Origin: Bdellovibrionota bacterium FG-1
GTDB lineage: Bacteria > Bdellovibrionota > UBA1018
Direction of reading: 5' to 3'
Length of the DNA stretch: 64,000 nucleotides
NCBI GenBank assembly: GCA_051382295.1
Contig: JBBCAW010000038.1
Location: 1-64,000 of the forward strand
Part shown: positions 1 through 8,169 of the stretch, piece after piece
How positions within the stretch are numbered: the first letter of the stretch is position 1
Layout of the letters: every line of letters begins with the position of its first letter
The notes under the pieces: model-generated
Told to the model about the DNA's origin: nothing
Seen by the model: only the letters and a program-made list of their open reading frames with translations
The model's database searches: none
Translations under genes and position numbers: made by a program

Positions 1-104
1 GCGGCGGGGCTACACCTGATCCCATCTCGAACTCAGAAGTTAAGCCCGCCCACGGCAAAATTAGTACCGGGGAAGCCCGGCGCAAAGCTAGCTCGATGCC
101 CCCA
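1..104 (+). rRNA. rrf: 5S rRNA, 5'-truncated by window edge
   Basis: Contains CACCTGATCCCAT-n-CGAACTCAGAAGTTAAG (conserved 5S helix III/loop C core), helix IV CCGGG-GAAG-CCCGG and 3' TGCCCCCA; about 15 nt of the 5' end lie outside the window. Confidence 0.93.
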
Positions 105-112
105 TTTAATTC

Positions 113-153
113 AAAAGCCCCGCTCACCTTGATTGCGTGAGCGGGGCTTTTTT
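113..153 (+). terminator. Rho-independent terminator of the rRNA operon
   Basis: Stem AAAAGCCCCGCTCAC / GTGAGCGGGGCTTTT with a 9-nt loop, followed by a T run. Confidence 0.9.
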
Positions 154-193
154 GCTTTATCTTCTTATTTCGATTAAGCTTGTCATCATCTGT

Positions 194-1240
194 ATGAGTG
201 ATGTTCCGAGAAGAAAATTGGTTTTTCGCCTGAGCAGCTTGGGAGACGTGGTTCTTGCGTCTACAGTTCTTGAAGTCGCGCGGGGTTCCTCTTCGTTCGA
301 TTGGGTGGTTTCAAAGGAGTTTGTGCCTTTGCTGGAAGGGCACCCTGCTATTGGACGCGTATGGGCGTTTGATCGATCTGAGGGTTTTTGGGGATGGTGG
401 CGCCTTTGTCGAAGGCTGGCATTGTTGGAGTACGAAGAGGTCTGGGATCTTCATGTCACAATAAGGACTCGGATCGCGCGGCTTTGTTTTATTGGGTACC
501 TGAATTTTGCGCGTTCAAAAATTTCTATGGCTCAGTCGCCGCGCTGGAAAAAATTTAATAAAGAACGCTGGAAAATGTGGGGCGTTTGTCTTTTTAGGAG
601 AAGCTGGCCCCGTGTGTGGGCGCCGCGTGCTTTTGTTGAACGCTTTGCCATTTTTGCAGGCGGAACCGGTTGCGAAAGGCCCAATCTGACCCACTTGGTT
701 CAGCAGAAGTCGACGCCGATTAGAAGTTATCCTTACTATTGTGTGATGCCCGGTTCAAAGTGGCCCGGCAAATGTTGGCCTGCTGAAAAATTTTTGGAGG
801 TTATTCGTCTCCTTTCTTTAAAAGCGGGCCCGGCCGTTATTTTAGGAGGGAAGAGGGATCAAGAGGCCGACAAGTTGTTAACGTTTTTACAAAAGGACCA
901 AAAGCCCCATGAGTCTGGCATCGGACGTTGGGATTTGCTTGAGGTGGCTAGTGTCTTGGCAGGCTCTCAGGGGTATTTGGGTAATGACACGGGCCTGGCG
1001 CATCTCTCTGAGGCGCTGGGAGTTCCGGCTCTTGTCATTTTTGGCCCTACTTCTCCTGAGTTGGGTTTTGCGCCCTGGAGATCACAGAGTACCAGTGTGG
1101 GGGTTGCACTTGGGTGTCGACCTTGCGGAAAAGATGGCCGTCGTTGTTATCGGATTTTTCAGAAATACCGTTGTATGACGGATATCGAGCCAATGGGCGT
1201 CGCCAAAAAATTTGAACAGCTTCTGGAGAAGTCTCCATGA
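194..1240 (+). CDS. Glycosyltransferase family 9 (LPS heptosyltransferase, WaaF/WaaC-like)
   Basis: RLSSLGDVV, PGSKWPGKCWP and GNDTGLAHL...FGPT motifs. Start moved to ATG 194 because the track start (137) lies inside the terminator. Confidence 0.9.
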   Translation: MSDVPRRKLVFRLSSLGDVVLASTVLEVARGSSSFDWVVSKEFVPLLEGHPAIGRVWAFDRSEGFWGWWRLCRRLALLEYEEVWDLHVTIRTRIARLCFIGYLNFARSKISMAQSPRWKKFNKERWKMWGVCLFRRSWPRVWAPRAFVERFAIFAGGTGCERPNLTHLVQQKSTPIRSYPYYCVMPGSKWPGKCWPAEKFLEVIRLLSLKAGPAVILGGKRDQEADKLLTFLQKDQKPHESGIGRWDLLEVASVLAGSQGYLGNDTGLAHLSEALGVPALVIFGPTSPELGFAPWRSQSTSVGVALGCRPCGKDGRRCYRIFQKYRCMTDIEPMGVAKKFEQLLEKSP

Positions 1241-2514
1241 ACTTGCGGATATGGGCCTATCGGCATTTTCAGCGGGATTTGGTCGAGAAGTGGATACTTC
1301 CTCATTGGATGTCTCCGCAACGAATCGATGATGAGGCCGAGCGAGGCGTGGCTGGGGTTGCCTCCCTGTCCAAGCGAGGGGCAACGCTCAGAGCCTGGTT
1401 TCACGCGGCAAGTGTCGGAGAGTTGGAGTCTCTGGCTCCTGTGATTACAGCTTGGGCGGGGCTGGGACGAGAATGTATTGTCACAGTTTTGAGTGAGTCG
1501 GCTCATGACTCGATTGAAAAGCTCAGCAAATCCTTGGCGGGGCTTTCGGGGGCTTTGATTTATAGCGGTTACGCACCTTGGGAAGGTCGTTGGGCAGCCG
1601 CCTTGGCAGCTCTTGCCCCTTCGGTATTTGTGACGGCAAAGTATGAAGCCTGGCCCGAGCTTTGGTTCTCCCTTCAAAGGGCTCAGGTTCCCTTGGTGAT
1701 TGTGAGCGCAAAAGCGCGGCGGTCCTTAAAGCTTGGGCGGATATTTTGCCGAGGTCTAGGGGGACGGTTGCCACGCATACGTTTGTTGACGGTGTCGGAG
1801 CCGGACCAGGGGCCACTGAAGCAAATATTTGGAAGCGACGAAGTACAAATTCAAACGGTGGGTGAACCCCGTTGGGATAGGGTATTTGAGAGGTCTCAAA
1901 ATATCAGTCGGCGAGCAAGTGATTTAATTGAATGGTATCAGTACCTTAAGCGACCATGGGGGGTGCTGGGGAGTGTGTGGCCGCAGGATATGGATGTTTG
2001 GCGAGGGCGTTTTGCCAAAGGCGGGGGCACTCTTTGGGTTATTCCCCATCGGGTTGATCCCCCCAGCGTAGCGGCGATTGAAGCCTATTTAGTGGCGGCG
2101 GGTCTGCGCGTTGAGCGCACGAGCTCACGTCGGAGCTCTTCTTTGGCGCAAGGGAATCAAAACAGTTCAGTAGATTGTGTTCTTGTAGATGAGATGGGTA
2201 TCCTGCTGGATCTCTATGCCGCCGCCGATTGGGCCTTTGTTGGGGGAGGTTTTGGTGTCAGCATGCATAGCGCCATTGAACCCGCGATTTTTGGAGTTCC
2301 GGTGAGTTGTGGACCGAGTGGAGCTAATAAATTTTCTGAAATCGAAGAACTCACTGCCACAGGGCAGCTTTCCATTATCCGAAATGGAGATGATTTGGAT
2401 GCCTGGCTTTCAAAATCAAAACCTCAGGCTCACGAACGACAAAAATGGCTGGAACAAGCCCATAAACGTTTGGGGGCTACTGAACTCATAGTCGAGATCA
2501 TCAGTAATCCATGA
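1237..2514 (+). CDS. waaA: 3-deoxy-D-manno-octulosonic acid (Kdo) transferase
   Basis: WFHAASVGE, YEAWP, DEMGIL..LYA.AD.AFVGG and H..IEPA motifs; ATGA overlap with the GT9 gene. Confidence 0.88.
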   Translation: MNLRIWAYRHFQRDLVEKWILPHWMSPQRIDDEAERGVAGVASLSKRGATLRAWFHAASVGELESLAPVITAWAGLGRECIVTVLSESAHDSIEKLSKSLAGLSGALIYSGYAPWEGRWAAALAALAPSVFVTAKYEAWPELWFSLQRAQVPLVIVSAKARRSLKLGRIFCRGLGGRLPRIRLLTVSEPDQGPLKQIFGSDEVQIQTVGEPRWDRVFERSQNISRRASDLIEWYQYLKRPWGVLGSVWPQDMDVWRGRFAKGGGTLWVIPHRVDPPSVAAIEAYLVAAGLRVERTSSRRSSSLAQGNQNSSVDCVLVDEMGILLDLYAAADWAFVGGGFGVSMHSAIEPAIFGVPVSCGPSGANKFSEIEELTATGQLSIIRNGDDLDAWLSKSKPQAHERQKWLEQAHKRLGATELIVEIISNP

Positions 2515-2527
2515 TATTCTGGACGCG

Positions 2528-4084
2528 ATGAAGCTGCGAGATCAATACGATTGGATGGTGTTAGGAGATCACCCTGGGGCGCTTTTGAGCGCAGGGTTGG
2601 CCGCTCGTTTGGGGCTTTCGGTATTGGTGCTGCCTATTTTTTCGAGCAAATCTTTGACTCAATCCAAAGAGGGGCGTTTCGTTGATCCCGAGAGCAATTA
2701 TCTTTTAGGCTTGGGGCGGGCGCCGCGCTTTAGTGGCCTTTTGGTCGAGTGTTTGAACCGACTTGGTATTTTACCCGCAGAACTCGAATTGATTCAAGGG
2801 ACTCATCCTCTTCCCCAAGTTCTTACTCCAGGATCACGCGTGGATTTTGGGCTCGCAGATTCTGGTTTGTCTGTAGAACTTCAAAGAGAGTTAGGCGGCG
2901 CAAAGGCCACGGAAATGGGATTGTCTGCGGCGCTCGGGCTTTCTGAGGCTGAATTATTGTCGTTTTGGCTTCAGCTTCCAGAGCGACTGACTTTAACGCC
3001 CGGGCAAAAAAGAGCAGTCGGGACGCGATTTAAATTATCCGATATCCGAAAAAAAATATTAAAAAATGGAGGTGACCCTTCAGCTCTTAAGTGGCTTCAA
3101 GGGCGTACTCACTCTCAACAGCTTGCTCAAAGCATCGGGAGGTTGGAAGTTCAATCACTCCTGAGCGGCTTAGGATTTGGGATTTCTGCCGTTCAAGTGG
3201 ATCGCCCCGAACTGCCGGCACTCTTGCATCTTTTGGCGCTCGGGCGAACCGGGGCTTCGTTTCGAGGGGGACTTAGCCCTTATCGCGATTTTCTCTTGCG
3301 GTTGGCCAAGCGGCTGGGGGCACATGTGGAAACCAAGGCGGAATGTCGGCGGGTATTTGTTGAGAAGGGTCGATTCACAGGTGTTCAGATAGCGCATCAT
3401 GGTGCCATGGTTTCAGGGGGGGGCGCGATTGTTGGATGCTCTCTTTCTCAGTTTCGTACTTTAGTGAGTCAAGGAGGCCGTTCTTGGGGGTTTAAGCGGT
3501 TGAAAACTTCTCCTCGTCCTGAAGGTTGGTTTTTTACGATAGCGTTTTCTGTCGGGGCCCAAGCCATTCCTTCGGGAGCGTCTGCCAGAATGATATGGAA
3601 GGAGCCTGGTGCTCCTTCGATTGAGATCGAGATCGTTGAACCGTTGGCTTACGGCGCTCGTCAGCAGGAGGGCCGTGTGGTTTTTGCACGGGCGATGCTT
3701 CCTTATCGCGCCGAAACGCTGAATCCCGACTATCAAAGACTCGTGGCCGCCCGAATTTTGCGTCAGCTGGCCGAGATATTTCCATTTTTTGAACAACACC
3801 TGGATTGGGTTTTTCCTGAGTTTCGCTGCGAGGCGGGGTCTCGAAGGGCGGGCGAGCTGCAAGAGGTTTATTCGTTTTCGGATTTACAGCAGATTCCCGA
3901 AAACCTTCGCTGCCTGGCTGATGATCAAGCGAAAGGTGTGGGCTCACGTTCTGGCCTTGACGGGCTTTTTGTAGCCTCCGGAGAGTCCTTTCCTGAATTG
4001 GGGTCATTGGGTGGAACCGTTGCGGCGCTTGAGGCGGTGTCTTGGCTTGCTCATCGTGCGGGTCTCGCGGGTCCCTTTGCCTAA
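2528..4084 (+). CDS. FAD/NAD(P)-dependent oxidoreductase, phytoene-desaturase-like fold, divergent
   Basis: N-terminal Rossmann-like segment (YDWMVLGDHPGALLSAGLAARLG), central GG...L.RLA..LGA and C-terminal GLFVASGESFPELG..G. Confidence 0.55.
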   Translation: MKLRDQYDWMVLGDHPGALLSAGLAARLGLSVLVLPIFSSKSLTQSKEGRFVDPESNYLLGLGRAPRFSGLLVECLNRLGILPAELELIQGTHPLPQVLTPGSRVDFGLADSGLSVELQRELGGAKATEMGLSAALGLSEAELLSFWLQLPERLTLTPGQKRAVGTRFKLSDIRKKILKNGGDPSALKWLQGRTHSQQLAQSIGRLEVQSLLSGLGFGISAVQVDRPELPALLHLLALGRTGASFRGGLSPYRDFLLRLAKRLGAHVETKAECRRVFVEKGRFTGVQIAHHGAMVSGGGAIVGCSLSQFRTLVSQGGRSWGFKRLKTSPRPEGWFFTIAFSVGAQAIPSGASARMIWKEPGAPSIEIEIVEPLAYGARQQEGRVVFARAMLPYRAETLNPDYQRLVAARILRQLAEIFPFFEQHLDWVFPEFRCEAGSRRAGELQEVYSFSDLQQIPENLRCLADDQAKGVGSRSGLDGLFVASGESFPELGSLGGTVAALEAVSWLAHRAGLAGPFA

Positions 4085-4096
4085 GGTGGCTCAATC

Positions 4097-5143
4097 ATGA
4101 AAATTTGTCTTTTCCATCCCAGGCTTCTTCCTCCCAAAGATTACGGCGGGGTGGAGCGTGTTGTACTTTGGCTGGCTAAAGGGCTTCAAGAACGGGGGCA
4201 TGAAGTTTGGGTGGCCGCTCTCGAAGGGAGTGTCCTTCCTCGAGGTGCTCATCTTTTGCCTATGAGGCCTCAGCAGACCTCAGTTCATGACCTCATTCGT
4301 GTGTTACCCGCGGGCATTGAGGTCATTCATTTCATGGCTCCTCCCGAGGCCGGCGCTTTAAACGAGCTACCCTTTCCGTTTGTGCTCACGGTTCATGGAA
4401 ACGGAAAAAACGGCGAAATTTTCCCCCTGAATTCGGTGTTTTTGAGCGCGAATCACGCACGCAGGCATGGTGCTACTTATTTTATTTATAATGGGATTGA
4501 TCCGGGGGAGTACGCCTTTGCTCCTCGACGAGCCAAGGCGCCTTGGGCGTTATTTTTGTCCAAGACGAGTTGGAGCGTCAAGAATGTGGGTGGAGCCATT
4601 GAGCTTTGCCAGAAGGCAAAGGTTCCGCTGGTGGTGGCTGGGGGCCGTCGCCCGTTGGGAGCTCGCGTTCGGGTCGCACTCAATTCCCGAATGAGCTGGG
4701 CTGGGCCTGTGGCAAGCGAGCAAAAGGCGCGTTTGTTGGCCGAGGCTAGGGTCTTGATTTTTCCGATTTTGTGGCCCGAGCCCTTTGGTCTCGTTGTGGT
4801 CGAGGCATTGATGTCAGGCACGCCGGTTTTGGCATCGCGGCTTGGGAGTCTGCCCGAGTTGGTCGGGCCAGAGGTGGGCGAACTCTTACCTCCGCCGATC
4901 GATGGCCCGACTGGTCAGATTGGCGATCAATGGCATCAATGTTTGCAGAAAGTTTTTATGAATCCGTCTCAAGCTCAACCTATTTGGGATCCTGAAGTCT
5001 GTCGAAACTGGGCGCTTAAGCGATTCCATTATTTGAAAATGGCGGAAGCCTACGAAAATGCTTATAAAAAGGTGACCAGTGGAGAGTCGTTGCAAAGTAA
5101 CGCCCCCGTGGCTACCGATTGGAATCGTTGGAGAGAATCATGA
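4097..5143 (+). CDS. Glycosyltransferase family 4
   Basis: PPKDYGGVERVV, YNGID and WPEPFGLVVVEALMSGTPV motifs. Confidence 0.9.
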   Translation: MKICLFHPRLLPPKDYGGVERVVLWLAKGLQERGHEVWVAALEGSVLPRGAHLLPMRPQQTSVHDLIRVLPAGIEVIHFMAPPEAGALNELPFPFVLTVHGNGKNGEIFPLNSVFLSANHARRHGATYFIYNGIDPGEYAFAPRRAKAPWALFLSKTSWSVKNVGGAIELCQKAKVPLVVAGGRRPLGARVRVALNSRMSWAGPVASEQKARLLAEARVLIFPILWPEPFGLVVVEALMSGTPVLASRLGSLPELVGPEVGELLPPPIDGPTGQIGDQWHQCLQKVFMNPSQAQPIWDPEVCRNWALKRFHYLKMAEAYENAYKKVTSGESLQSNAPVATDWNRWRES

Positions 5144-6456
5144 TTGCTCGTTATTCACGGCCCGCTATGGCTCAAATCTGGGATGACCGTCGTCGCTATC
5201 AAGTTTGGCTTCGCGTGGAGCTGGCGGTTTGCGAAGAAATGGTCGGACTCAAGCTGATTCCCAAAAAGGAATGGCGTGAACTTCAAAGCAAAGTTCAGGC
5301 ATTGCTCAAAAGAGGGGGGGTCGATCCTGCGCGGGTCGATGAGCACGAGAAGGTCACGCGGCATGATGTCATCGCCTTCACCACCGCTGTGACGGAACAA
5401 ATTGGGCCGATTTCGCGGTATATTCATTTTGGATTGACCTCCTCGGATGTGGTGGACACCTCCCTTTCCATTTCCGTGCTCGAGGCGGGGGCGCTGTTGA
5501 GGGAAGGGATTGTCCGTTTATTGAAGATTCTCGCCAAGAGGGCGCGCCAGTATCGAAGGCTTCCGACGATCGGGCGTTCACATGGTATTTTTGCTGAACC
5601 GACCAGTTTTGGGCTCAAGTTTTTAGGGTGGTATTGCGAGTGGCAGCGCAATTTAGAACGTTTGGACCGTGCCTTGGCCAATATGGCCTACGGCAAGCTG
5701 TCGGGAGCCGTGGGAGTCAATCCTCATTGGGGCCCGAAATTTGAAACTCGGGTACTCAAAAAATTAGGTTTGAAGCGTGAGCCGGTGAGCACTCAAGTCG
5801 TGCCGCGGGATCGTCATGCCGAATTGATGATGGTGCTGGCCTTATGTGGCTCATCGATGGAGCGAATCGCCGTGGAACTTCGACATCTGCAGCGTTCTGA
5901 AGTCGGCGAGGTACTCGAGAGTTTTCAAAAGGGGCAAAAGGGTTCAAGCGCGATGCCTCATAAGCGCAACCCGATTTCGTCAGAAAATTTGACGGGCTGT
6001 GCTCGTTTGCTGCGCTCCTATGCTCAGGCCTCGCTTGAGAATGTTGCCCTTTGGCATGAGCGCGATATCAGCCATTCTTCGGTTGAGCGGATCACGTTTC
6101 CGGATGCGACCATTCTTTTGGACTATGCTTTGGACCGACTCAATCGGATTTTGGAGGGCTTGGTCGTCCGTGAGGATCAGGTAGCGGCTAACGTCAAAAA
6201 GGCAGGCAATACGGTATTTTCAGGACACTTTTTGCTCGAATTGGTCCGTGCCGGCGCGACTCGCGAAGAGGCCTACTCATGGGTTCAACAATGTGCCCTT
6301 GAAAGTCTCGAGGGGCGCGCTGATTTTGTTGCGCTCCTGAGTCAACATCCCGAAGTCTCCACCCGCTTGCCCCAGGTCAAGATTCGTGAACTGGCTTCGA
6401 TGAAATACCAGCTTCGTAGTGTGGATGAGATTTTCGTCCAGGCCGGCTTCAAATGA
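5140..6456 (+). CDS. purB: Adenylosuccinate lyase
   Basis: MIARYSRP start (ATGA overlap), RHDVIAF, HFGLTSSD, GRSHG and SSAMPHKRNP. Confidence 0.97.
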   Translation: MIARYSRPAMAQIWDDRRRYQVWLRVELAVCEEMVGLKLIPKKEWRELQSKVQALLKRGGVDPARVDEHEKVTRHDVIAFTTAVTEQIGPISRYIHFGLTSSDVVDTSLSISVLEAGALLREGIVRLLKILAKRARQYRRLPTIGRSHGIFAEPTSFGLKFLGWYCEWQRNLERLDRALANMAYGKLSGAVGVNPHWGPKFETRVLKKLGLKREPVSTQVVPRDRHAELMMVLALCGSSMERIAVELRHLQRSEVGEVLESFQKGQKGSSAMPHKRNPISSENLTGCARLLRSYAQASLENVALWHERDISHSSVERITFPDATILLDYALDRLNRILEGLVVREDQVAANVKKAGNTVFSGHFLLELVRAGATREEAYSWVQQCALESLEGRADFVALLSQHPEVSTRLPQVKIRELASMKYQLRSVDEIFVQAGFK

Positions 6457-6659
6457 GGGCGATCAAGCTCAATCTTTTTTCCGACGAGCAAGGGCAGGCC
6501 ACCACCGAGTATATATTGATGCTGGCCATTGCGGTGGGCCTTTTTGTGATCGTGATGCGTATGCTGAAGCCCATCATGGTTCGCCTCCAAAAGGCGATCG
6601 CCACCCGGCTCCAAAACATGCTTTTTGGTGATTTTCATCGATTTCGGATAGGCCGCTAA
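6453..6659 (+). CDS. Flp/Tad-type (type IVc) prepilin
   Basis: 68 aa; DEQG|QATTEY prepilin cleavage motif with E+5/Y+6 followed by a hydrophobic helix. Confidence 0.75.
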   Translation: MRAIKLNLFSDEQGQATTEYILMLAIAVGLFVIVMRMLKPIMVRLQKAIATRLQNMLFGDFHRFRIGR

Positions 6660-6784
6660 AAGAAAAATTGCTAGTTTATGTTATAACATGTTGAAATTAT
6701 TAGATAAATAAGTACTGTACAAAAGTACTTCTTGTTGTTATAACGCAGTGTGTCTTAATGCTGCTTTATCGAAGGAGTACGGAA

Positions 6785-8122
6785 ATGAAAAACTTAAATT
6801 CAACCCGATTGGGTACGGCGGTGGGGGCAGGACTGCTGGCCACACTTTCATTGTTGCCCAAGGCGTGGGGTGAGCTGGTTTATGAAGGTTCGGCCCCGTT
6901 AAATGAAAATTCGAATAGTGTTCAAATTGAAGATCGTTCAACGATGCGGCAGGCGATTGGAGCTTCTGAAAAGGCTGCTGCCACGATTCAGGCTCAGGCG
7001 CCTAGTGTGGTGGAGGAGACGGTTGCGCCAGCCCCTGTCGCTGAAGCTCAAAATTTTTCGAAGTCTGAATTGATGCGCCGGCAGCGGCAGCGTGAAGAAA
7101 TTAAGAATGAAGATCTTCTTCAGGAACGGCTTGAAGATCTTAGGCTTCGCGACGAACGAAAGCGACTGGATCAAGTATTCGCTGCCCCTTCTCAGTCTCC
7201 TTCTCCTGTGCCAGCGCAAATGGCAGCGCAGATGCCGGTGCAGATGCCAGTGCAGATGAAGGAAGAAATGGTCATGGCTCCCGTCACCTCGGGGGGCCCT
7301 TCTCCATTGGCTATGGTCGACACGATTTCGTTATCCCGAGCCGCTCCAGTGGCTGCACCTAGTGGGATGTCAGTGACTACTGCCGAACCGAGTGTCACCG
7401 ATAAAACCTGGATATCGGTAGCGCCTCATGGCGGTCTTTCTAATCTGATTGGGCAAGGCGGGTACTTTGATATTCGACCTCACTTTGCGGTCGGAATAGG
7501 GGCTGAAGTCAGCGCTTCAGACAATTTTAGCTTTGTAGTGGGTTATACCTTTAACGAATATGGCGTAGCAATGACTTCCTCCAATCCTTTTGTGCTCGCT
7601 CGTCAAGCAACGGCCATGATGCAGGGGACCCCTGCCTCGATTGAATCGGTAGCCATGAAACAAAATGTGTTCGATGCTGGCTTGAAAGTTCACCTTTTAG
7701 GTCCGGATTCAAAGCTTCGTCCTTTTATAGGGGCGGGTGGCTCGTACGCCAAAAGTTATATCAACTTTGATTCTAAGATCTTAGCCGACATGAATAGCTA
7801 TTATGGTCGCAGCATTTCGCCGGATTACGAAGTCTCTAACTTCTTGGGCTACCTCTCGGGTGGTTTGGATGTGAAGATCTCCAAAAGCATCTCAGTCGGT
7901 GCCGAATTTAAGTATTACGCGGTGCTCTCGTCTCGTGAAAATAATAATTTCAGTAATTATTATGGCGCGATGTATCCAAGTGCCTACGGTGGTGCCTACA
8001 ACGGCTATAATGCTTACTCTGGCGTGAATCCCTACACCGGTACGGATACTTCCGTAGCTGGCGGATCGCTTGCCCGGGCGAGCTTTTACTCGATTTTGGG
8101 TGTAGCCACCTTTACGTTCTAA
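6785..8122 (+). CDS. Outer-membrane beta-barrel protein with N-terminal periplasmic coiled/low-complexity region
   Basis: Signal peptide; alternating-residue strands (LRPFIGAGGSY, GGLDVKIS, VGAEFKYY); C-terminal ATFTF; GAAGGAG RBS before ATG 6785. Confidence 0.75.
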   Translation: MKNLNSTRLGTAVGAGLLATLSLLPKAWGELVYEGSAPLNENSNSVQIEDRSTMRQAIGASEKAAATIQAQAPSVVEETVAPAPVAEAQNFSKSELMRRQRQREEIKNEDLLQERLEDLRLRDERKRLDQVFAAPSQSPSPVPAQMAAQMPVQMPVQMKEEMVMAPVTSGGPSPLAMVDTISLSRAAPVAAPSGMSVTTAEPSVTDKTWISVAPHGGLSNLIGQGGYFDIRPHFAVGIGAEVSASDNFSFVVGYTFNEYGVAMTSSNPFVLARQATAMMQGTPASIESVAMKQNVFDAGLKVHLLGPDSKLRPFIGAGGSYAKSYINFDSKILADMNSYYGRSISPDYEVSNFLGYLSGGLDVKISKSISVGAEFKYYAVLSSRENNNFSNYYGAMYPSAYGGAYNGYNAYSGVNPYTGTDTSVAGGSLARASFYSILGVATFTF

Positions 8123-8169
8123 TTGCTATGCTCTTGCTTAAGGTCAGTGAACTTAGGCGGGAAACAAAA

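Noticed and set aside
137..193. Track-extended N-termini (137, 5119, 6758, 8128, 18241, 23879, 24198, 41651, 47774, 47824, 52308, 52990)
   Set aside because: They overlap terminators, promoters or neighbouring genes; downstream starts with an RBS, ATGA coupling or signal peptide fit better.
6680..6730. AT-rich stretch with IHF-like TAACATGTTGAAA and paired AGTACT palindromes
   Set aside because: Imperfect match in AT-rich DNA; cannot be distinguished from chance without a PWM scan.
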